Of a stretch of DNA of 27,392 nucleotides, positions 1 to 6,406 are shown one piece after another. Within the stretch, counting starts at the first letter, position 1. The number at the start of each line of letters is the position of its first letter. Both the position numbers and the translations under genes were made by a program. The stretch spans positions 1 through 27,392 of IMG/VR virus record IMGVR_UViG_3300017902_000283, one strand, 5' to 3'. A model generated the notes under the pieces. It saw nothing but the letters and a program-made list of their open reading frames with translations, searched no databases and was not told where the DNA came from. This DNA comes from a virus. Its lineage: Duplodnaviria > Caudoviricetes.

Positions 1-277
1 ACTTGGGTAACAAGGAGTAACCAATCCCCGATTGCCCCTTAGGCAGTGACGAGTTCGTCAGTGCGGGCAAATTCTCTCGTAAGAATACGAGAGAACGCTA
101 CGATGTTGTTCGCAGCAGTGTCAGATGATTTTGCATCTGTGGTTTGCTCTCCGAGCAGGTTTTCAGTCATGCTCCTTGTACCCTGTCGAAACCATTGCAC
201 CCCCTAGCTTATGGAGGTGAGGGGAGTCGAACCCCTGTCCAAAATATAGGTTGCACCACCTACATGGCTTTTACTGA
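1..277 (-). ncRNA. ssrA: Permuted (two-piece) tmRNA gene, cyanobacterial type; 3' end of the coding piece runs off the window edge
   Basis: The minus strand reads GGAC-AGGGG-TTCGACT-CCCCT-CACCTCC-A (T-arm, acceptor 3' strand and discriminator, 240-212), then a 7-nt spacer TAAGCTA, then GGGGGTGCAATGGTTTCGAC (tmRNA 5' end, from 204). The acceptor stem GGGGGUG/CACCUCC has the G3:U70 alanine identity pair. The tag frame at 113-39 begins ANNIV, like cyanobacterial tags. The upstream boundary (about 277) is approximate. Confidence 0.93.
39..113 (-). other. tmRNA tag reading frame ANNIVAFSRILTREFARTDELVTA-stop (resume codon may be one Ala codon earlier, at 116)
   Basis: Manual translation from GCG AAC AAC ATC GTA to GTC ACT GCC TAA. 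The preceding context is ACACT-GCT. Confidence 0.85.
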
Positions 278-278
278 G

Positions 279-806
279 TCATCCATCAGGACTCGGAGTT
301 ACAAATACATTACCAGCTATCGTAGTTCCTGTGCCACCACTCAACACATAATGCTCTATAAATGATGGGAATATTATTATATCACCATTGTGTAGTTCTG
401 GTCTATAATCCATGTTGAAATACTCATCATACATGGCCATTTGAGACTCGACTCTAAACCTGTATGGATTCAAAAATACAGTTCTTGATACATCAACATC
501 TTCATATATTATAAAACTCCATTGTGAATAGCAATGGATATGTGGATCTTGAAAGTCTTGTGGTGTCTCGTATTTATTACGCCATATTTCTTCTATCTTT
601 GCTTCACCGTATTTGACACCAAGAGTATCTATATTCCTAGCTACAATCTCTGATATATGAGATATAGTATCATGGCTTACCTGTTTATTTGTTCTTAAAC
701 TGGTTTTGAGTCTTGACCTAAATGTGGGTTCAAGACTCTCATCAATGATATTAATTTTTTTTAAGTCCACTTTATCAATGAAAAATGGCACAGAAAATAG
801 GTTCAT
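279..806 (-). CDS. Putative 2OG-Fe(II) oxygenase (HxH type, TIGR02466-like)
   Basis: Motifs DPHIH, WSFIIY, FLNP and GDIIIFPSFIEHYV. Start moved to ATG 806, which forms an ATGA overlap with the upstream stop. Confidence 0.75.
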   Translation of the reverse strand: MNLFSVPFFIDKVDLKKINIIDESLEPTFRSRLKTSLRTNKQVSHDTISHISEIVARNIDTLGVKYGEAKIEEIWRNKYETPQDFQDPHIHCYSQWSFIIYEDVDVSRTVFLNPYRFRVESQMAMYDEYFNMDYRPELHNGDIIIFPSFIEHYVLSGGTGTTIAGNVFVTPSPDG

Positions 807-1384
807 ACTATCCAAGATATCCAAGAATACCTAGATCCTTTTGTCACTGGCGTTACCTCGTGTGGGAATAGGTATATTGATGGAAATGCTAACACACTTC
901 CCTTTTTAATTTCTACTTTGTGATCTCCCCAGAATATAAATTCTCCTCCTTCATAATCATCATTTAGAGTTCCCACAACACTGGTTACAGGTATGCCTCT
1001 AAATTGTCCTTCAAAAAAATCACGAATATGATCGTGATGTGGACTCAAATAATCTCCTACATTATACTTATTGAACTTGATACCAGAGCCATTTTCCCAG
1101 AAAGAATCACCTGTGGTAATGCTACTATCATGGTATTTTTCATGGAAAGCATGAAACAACTCCTCACTAATATGTGGTTGTATTATTTCTGTTGCAGCAT
1201 CATTTCTAGTTGATAACATTTTTGATTGTTTATCAATATCAACCTGTTCATAATTACTGTTATACCAACAGAAGTCACGCCATTCATGGTCATCTAAAAT
1301 AGATACTATCTGATCACATTCCTGATCAGATAGCAAATCGTACTCAAATATATGATCTTTAAGATTCGGGTATTTTAGGGCCAT
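803..1384 (-). CDS. 2OG-Fe(II) oxygenase, prolyl-4-hydroxylase-like
   Basis: KY..G..L..HHD, LNDDYEGGEF and FPS..LFPHEVTPVTKGSRYS give the HxD...H...RxS signature. Confidence 0.9.
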   Translation of the reverse strand: MALKYPNLKDHIFEYDLLSDQECDQIVSILDDHEWRDFCWYNSNYEQVDIDKQSKMLSTRNDAATEIIQPHISEELFHAFHEKYHDSSITTGDSFWENGSGIKFNKYNVGDYLSPHHDHIRDFFEGQFRGIPVTSVVGTLNDDYEGGEFIFWGDHKVEIKKGSVLAFPSIYLFPHEVTPVTKGSRYSWISWIV

Positions 1385-1508
1385 CCTTTAACACCTGTTT
1401 GCCAGTTTGTTTAGCAATGTATGCCGCTAACTCTGGAGTCTCCTCCCACTCCCAGATCTGATTATGTTGGGGATTTTTTTTCTCAATCGTGTGTGTGCGT
1501 TTTACCAT
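1359..1508 (-). CDS. Small hypothetical protein (49 aa, MVKRTHTIEKK...)
   Basis: ATG 1508 is preceded by a GGAG SD-like motif, and the ORF fills the gap between neighbours. The longer start in the track overlaps the upstream gene. Confidence 0.6.
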   Translation of the reverse strand: MVKRTHTIEKKNPQHNQIWEWEETPELAAYIAKQTGKQVLKDGPKIPES

Positions 1509-1764
1509 TTTCAATCTCCTCTGATAATAGTGCGATTTCTTGTTCAAGTCCAATGATCCTAAGCTCTGCATCATTAGCAGATCTCTCAAGGGCTCTTACT
1601 TTAGTACTCAGATTTGCAATCTCAGTACCAAAAGCATCAATGTTTTGAAGTAGTAATTCATTTCCAAATGTTTGTGGGTGGCCTTTATCTGCATAAGCAG
1701 TATCTTGCACCTTCTCACACTCTTCCAGATACTCTTCCCTTGTCATTCTGTTTTTTTGTGCCAT
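1483..1764 (-). CDS. Hypothetical coiled-coil protein
   Basis: 93-aa ORF with a heptad-like C-terminal half and a TAATG coupling to the upstream gene. Confidence 0.7.
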   Translation of the reverse strand: MAQKNRMTREEYLEECEKVQDTAYADKGHPQTFGNELLLQNIDAFGTEIANLSTKVRALERSANDAELRIIGLEQEIALLSEEIENGKTHTHD

Positions 1765-2282
1765 TAAGCGTACTCCATGTAAACGTTTCCTGAGATAGTC
1801 GTCCCCTCATTGCCTGAGTTGACCATGTGCATGAGGAATGATGGGAATATTATTATACTCCCTGGCCCTAGATCAGGTTTATAATCTAGAGGAAATTCCT
1901 CCAAACAATTACCAAGTTGATTCTGAATTAATCCTATTGAAGGATTCAAAAAAGATGTCTTAGCATGTAAATCAACGTAAATGATAAAACTCCACTGACA
2001 ATTTGGGTGAAGGTGTGCATCTTGATAGTGATGCTTATCATATCTATTATACCATATATGACCGAATTTGGGATTCATTCCTAACAAATTACCATCATAT
2101 AGATTTCTATTGATTACATCAGACAAATGCTCATATGCCTCATTTTTGAGAGGCAATTTCTTGGCAAAAGTAGATGGTACTCCAGCATCCCATGTAGGTT
2201 CTGTAACCATTTCTGGTATCTCTATCTTTTTTAAGTCAACCTTATCTTCAAAGATAGGTATAGCAAAGATTTCTTTTTTCAT
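1764..2282 (-). CDS. Putative 2OG-Fe(II) oxygenase (HxH type), paralog of 279-806
   Basis: Motifs DAHLH, QWSFIIY, FLNP and GSIIIFPSFLMHMV; collinear with the 279-806 protein. Confidence 0.78.
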   Translation of the reverse strand: MKKEIFAIPIFEDKVDLKKIEIPEMVTEPTWDAGVPSTFAKKLPLKNEAYEHLSDVINRNLYDGNLLGMNPKFGHIWYNRYDKHHYQDAHLHPNCQWSFIIYVDLHAKTSFLNPSIGLIQNQLGNCLEEFPLDYKPDLGPGSIIIFPSFLMHMVNSGNEGTTISGNVYMEYA

Positions 2283-2908
2283 CTTGGCGGTAAAGGCACT
2301 GTTCTCATAGTTTTATATACAAGACTGGATCTTAGTCCACGATATGTCTCGTTTGGTGGATTACCATGATGTTCTATATTTCCCTTGAATAATATTACTC
2401 TTCCTGGCGCAGGGTCTATCCCTTGCCATTCATCATCTAACTTATACATTAACTGTCCACCCCATGATGAATCCCACTCTTTATTTACATAGTAACAAAA
2501 ACTTATGCCGTTGTCACATTCACAATCCCTGTGAGGAGTTGTATTATGAATCCATTGTTGTCCATTGACTAGGATCTCTCCTAGTTCTACTTGGAAGGGT
2601 AGACTACTCATAACCGCAGTGTATATCATCTTGAAACAAGAATCATTAGCGTGAGGAGATTTGGGAGGGAATATTTGTTGTTTCAATGCTCCCACTTCTT
2701 CCCAATCAGGGTCTGCTCCAATGTCATGTCCGTCCTCTGGATACCCACTTGTATGGCCATAGAACCAACCATAACTGGTCATGATTGTATCATGTACATG
2801 ATGTATGAACCAGCCAGGAAATAAATTATCTACAACGTAGACTTCATCCTTGCTTAGATCATACTGTGACCAATCTAATCTATCTGTCCAACAATCAATG
2901 TGTATCAT
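2279..2908 (-). CDS. 2OG-Fe(II) oxygenase
   Basis: Motifs PHRD, YYVNKEW..SWGG, PGRVILF.G.IEHHG and LRSS. Confidence 0.85.
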   Translation of the reverse strand: MIHIDCWTDRLDWSQYDLSKDEVYVVDNLFPGWFIHHVHDTIMTSYGWFYGHTSGYPEDGHDIGADPDWEEVGALKQQIFPPKSPHANDSCFKMIYTAVMSSLPFQVELGEILVNGQQWIHNTTPHRDCECDNGISFCYYVNKEWDSSWGGQLMYKLDDEWQGIDPAPGRVILFKGNIEHHGNPPNETYRGLRSSLVYKTMRTVPLPPR

Positions 2909-2910
2909 AG

Positions 2911-3234
2911 TTAGTAAAGCCAGTCTTGATATTCGCCTTCTATGTCCAGTTCAGCGAGTTTGCTTTCTTCTAATTGTTGTCTTTGTTGTCTAATATCCTC
3001 ATGTAGTCTTTCTGTTGCCGATGGTAGTCCCTGTTGGCCAGGCAACTCTCTCTCCCTTTGTGCATCTACATCAATTATTTCTGGTGGCAGTGGTTTGGGA
3101 GCATCTATTCTTCTGTAAGTAAATCCCTCACCTTCATGTAATTCTAGAGTTCTGATTGCATATTTCTCATGGCTGCAATCACAATATTTCTGGCCTAGTC
3201 CATCATAACAAGACCAATATGGGTAGTGTATCAT
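2911..3234 (-). CDS. Hypothetical protein
   Basis: 107-aa ORF, co-oriented and tightly packed with its neighbours. Confidence 0.7.
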   Translation of the reverse strand: MIHYPYWSCYDGLGQKYCDCSHEKYAIRTLELHEGEGFTYRRIDAPKPLPPEIIDVDAQRERELPGQQGLPSATERLHEDIRQQRQQLEESKLAELDIEGEYQDWLY

Positions 3235-3258
3235 AATGTTATTTTACTCTAATAATTG

Positions 3259-4872
3259 TTAGATGTCAACCCAGTTGAAGTCCTCTATCTGTGCAGCCTG
3301 TTGTAATGATAGTTTTCCTTTAGCGTTTAGATATCCTATGGATTGTAAGTATCCCCAAGCTTGTCCTTCGTCTGTGTCTCTTAATGATCTCAATGTCTGT
3401 GATCCACTTATATAGTGATTTATGATTGGTACATTTTTTGCAATTATGGCGTTCATTTCTGACTCAGCAGTGGTTATTGCAGAATCATATGTTCCACAAT
3501 CGCCTGGTATTGCACCAGCTGGAGGAGTTCCTGTATATCCTATACCAGCACCTATGGTAGAACCTACACTTATTATAACTCTCTGTCCTAAAGTTGCATG
3601 TGTAGTGGTGACTTCCCCATCACCACCTCTAACTCGGATCGTAGGCCATGAAAAATCGCCAATGTAATACTCTACTCTACCAGCACCTACAGCAGGCTCT
3701 GGTTCAGATGTTATCTCACTCCACTGTGTAGTAATTTTTGGATCACCATTGTTTATCAAGTCTAATTGATGTCCTTTGCCTATGTTACCACCCTCCGCTA
3801 TACCTATTTCTACTGGGTCTATTGGATTTTTTGATGAGTCAAATTCTATATCAGAAATATCGCCAGGCCTGATTACCAAGAATGAACTCTGAATACCTGT
3901 AGCAACTGGAGCAGCACTCAGCGATGCAAAATAATATGTTGAAACAACTCCAACATGAAAGTTCCTACCTACCTCTGGATCTACACTTGACACTACTGGA
4001 TTACTTAGAGTGGCAAAATCAAAGACCACCTCTATTGCAGTTGTGATACCATTGGATTGAACATAACTGGTAATACCCACAGCAGTTCCAAATCCTGTGA
4101 TAGTTGTACCTGTTGGTATAAATCCATCACTGGTTCTATCTGAGTTATCATATATCTCATCGCCAATATTAAAATCTGTTATGAATCCTACTCTCTGATC
4201 TCCATATATCTTATTGTCAGAAGCAGTACAGAATCCACTAACTGCATAGTTATATGCAGCATAACTTGTAGTTCCCAACCCTGTTACTGATGGTGCAGTC
4301 TGAAATATAACTGGATTATCTAATGAATCTTTAATGAGATCTCCTGTCTTGATACCAGCAGAGGCAGTTGTAGTTGAGAATCCAGTCAACTCTGCAGCAT
4401 CATCATCTAATATAATCAAGGCGGCACTGCCAGGGTTGGCATCAGCAGTATCAATAGTTAGAACAACGTTAGCTCCATAGTCCCTGTTCTTGGGGTGTCT
4501 ATAAAACTTTGCTCCGTAATATCCTAAGAATTGAAACGTGTTTGGATCTTTTTGTACTTCATATACTACTACCTCTTGTTTACTATTATTGTAAATATTC
4601 AGAGATTTTGCGTCTATCTGTATCCACTTCAAGTCACTCCTACAACCATGTGATACTCTGTCAAGGTACGCTTGTTGAACAGCCTTAATCTTTTCATTGA
4701 TTGGAGGTATGTAAGGTTGGATCTTTGTATCTAACTTAATAATTAGTTCATCATACTCATCAATGATAGCATCTACAATCGCCAAAGATTCATTGATAGA
4801 TGCTGCACTCTGAGCCTGTTGTTCTTTATCCTCTCTTAGTCTTTTTGAAATATTAAATGGATTAGCAGCCAC
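3259..4872 (-). CDS. Putative virion structural protein (baseplate/tail associated)
   Basis: 537 aa with a GTG start. Helical N- and C-termini flank a G/T/S-rich beta region with GIGT-like motifs. Last gene of the gp5 cluster. Confidence 0.65.
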   Translation of the reverse strand: MAANPFNISKRLREDKEQQAQSAASINESLAIVDAIIDEYDELIIKLDTKIQPYIPPINEKIKAVQQAYLDRVSHGCRSDLKWIQIDAKSLNIYNNSKQEVVVYEVQKDPNTFQFLGYYGAKFYRHPKNRDYGANVVLTIDTADANPGSAALIILDDDAAELTGFSTTTASAGIKTGDLIKDSLDNPVIFQTAPSVTGLGTTSYAAYNYAVSGFCTASDNKIYGDQRVGFITDFNIGDEIYDNSDRTSDGFIPTGTTITGFGTAVGITSYVQSNGITTAIEVVFDFATLSNPVVSSVDPEVGRNFHVGVVSTYYFASLSAAPVATGIQSSFLVIRPGDISDIEFDSSKNPIDPVEIGIAEGGNIGKGHQLDLINNGDPKITTQWSEITSEPEPAVGAGRVEYYIGDFSWPTIRVRGGDGEVTTTHATLGQRVIISVGSTIGAGIGYTGTPPAGAIPGDCGTYDSAITTAESEMNAIIAKNVPIINHYISGSQTLRSLRDTDEGQAWGYLQSIGYLNAKGKLSLQQAAQIEDFNWVDI

Positions 4873-5828
4873 TATTCAATACCTCCTAACTTAACAAAAT
4901 CCTCGCCAGGATAGTCAAACATGTCATCTCCCTCATATTCTGTGATTAGTGGTTTGAGATCCTTTCTCTCACCATATACTATGTAACTACAGCGAATCGT
5001 GTGTGAATTGAAACCATGTGGATTCACCAATACACTTATTTTATCTTTCATTTTAGCAACAGCATAACATAAACTTTGATGAGATCCTATTGGAGTTAAG
5101 TGTGCTGTGATAGTATCCTCATCTACGAGATCTTTCCAATAATCAGGAAGTTCTATTTCATTAGTTCCCTGTAACTCTCCCCTAAAATATACACCGATCT
5201 CTGGGCCTTCTAGTGATACATGTCTCAGTCTCCACCCATCTTTACTTGGGTGTTTTATATCAAATGGTTTGGCAGGCAAGGCTCTGGCAGTCGCCAGTTG
5301 TCCATTCAACCAAGCACAGGAGATAACACCACCAACCTTCAAAGATCCACCAATATCTGTTCTTCCTGATATGAATACATTTTTATTAAATTGACAATTA
5401 TCATTTGCAACATTCAAGGCATGTTTTGTACTGGTAGCAAATGTCTCTTCTGGTGCATATCTCTTGGTAGGAGCCCATGCTGTTCTCGGACTATAATAAA
5501 AGTTCTCGCTATAAAATTCTGATGTACCCGATCTAAAAAGAGAGAAACCATCAACCTGTAAAGATATTTGTTTTCCTTTTAATTTAGATGCAAATTGATG
5601 ATCTAATTCTTGTTTCTTTCCTTGATTACATTGAAACTCAGGAGGGCCTATCATTGCCGATGCCTGTGCAATACCTCTGTTAGGAGTATTATTAAAGTAG
5701 GATGGGCCACTTACAGACAGTGTGCCAGGAATTCTTTCCCAAGATTCTTCCTCTACTAAGAAAGACATATCCTTTGTGCCAATCTGAGCAAAATCAGTTA
5801 TATTTTGAAATCCTACTTGGAAACCCAT
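4872..5828 (-). CDS. Putative tail spike/baseplate protein with a fibre-type C-terminal domain
   Basis: The C-terminal motif KPFDIKHP...LRHVSLEGPE.GVY.RG...IELPDYW..LV...IT..LTPIG is typical of phage fibre/spike C-termini. Lies downstream of gp5. Confidence 0.6.
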   Translation of the reverse strand: MGFQVGFQNITDFAQIGTKDMSFLVEEESWERIPGTLSVSGPSYFNNTPNRGIAQASAMIGPPEFQCNQGKKQELDHQFASKLKGKQISLQVDGFSLFRSGTSEFYSENFYYSPRTAWAPTKRYAPEETFATSTKHALNVANDNCQFNKNVFISGRTDIGGSLKVGGVISCAWLNGQLATARALPAKPFDIKHPSKDGWRLRHVSLEGPEIGVYFRGELQGTNEIELPDYWKDLVDEDTITAHLTPIGSHQSLCYAVAKMKDKISVLVNPHGFNSHTIRCSYIVYGERKDLKPLITEYEGDDMFDYPGEDFVKLGGIE

Positions 5829-6406
5829 TAGGCCATATCCTCAAAGAATTCCCTAATTCGGTTATTCAATACTGTCATTATCTTACCAGCATATCTAGCT
5901 CTTGGAGCAGTGTCCATAGTATCTAAGTTGATACTCGAAGCACCAAGAAAATCAGTAAACTGTCCTGCCATGGTTAGGTTTTGTCTTGTTAATACATTGC
6001 AATTAGTTGATTTCAGATTCATAATAGTACAATTATGAAAAATCTTATCACCTAATATTTTTACCTCTTCCTCAGCATCAAGAGTAATATTTCTTGCACG
6101 AAGTTCTATGTCTCCATTTTTACATTCAATCTTGATATTCCCATTTTTGGCCAGAATAATTTTTGACATTTCTTCTTCTGTGCTGTCCTCTCCGACAAAC
6201 TCATAAGAACAATTATTTACAACTAACTTTTGGGTTCCGTTTTTATACCATGCTATGCCCTGTAGATTATCTGTTGTCACAGAATAGTCCACATACTCTC
6301 CTTTCAAATCCCCATCAGGTATCTTTATACCAGAAGCAACTCTGAAATTAGGATAGTTACCATAATATTCTTGGGTATCTTGTTGTTGTTTATCTAATTC
6401 AGCCAT
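5828..6406 (-). CDS. Putative baseplate spike-associated protein (gp5 C-terminal-like beta repeats)
   Basis: Short beta repeats IILAKNGNIKIECKNGDIELRARNITLDA; directly follows gp5. Confidence 0.55.
   Translation of the reverse strand: MAELDKQQQDTQEYYGNYPNFRVASGIKIPDGDLKGEYVDYSVTTDNLQGIAWYKNGTQKLVVNNCSYEFVGEDSTEEEMSKIILAKNGNIKIECKNGDIELRARNITLDAEEEVKILGDKIFHNCTIMNLKSTNCNVLTRQNLTMAGQFTDFLGASSINLDTMDTAPRARYAGKIMTVLNNRIREFFEDMA

Noticed and set aside
198-240. Possible tRNA gene or attP-type tRNA fragment
   Set aside because: There is no anticodon arm, and both acceptor halves are present in permuted order with a tag ORF, which fits tmRNA. No integrase is in the window.
144-365. 73-aa plus-strand ORF
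   Set aside because: It is antisense to the tmRNA and the oxygenase. GGEGSRTPV is the typical translation of a reverse-complemented T-arm.
376-405. TAGACC-18 nt-TATAAT on the minus strand as a tmRNA promoter
   Set aside because: It lies inside a CDS in AT-rich DNA with an imperfect -35 box and spacing, so it cannot be distinguished from chance.
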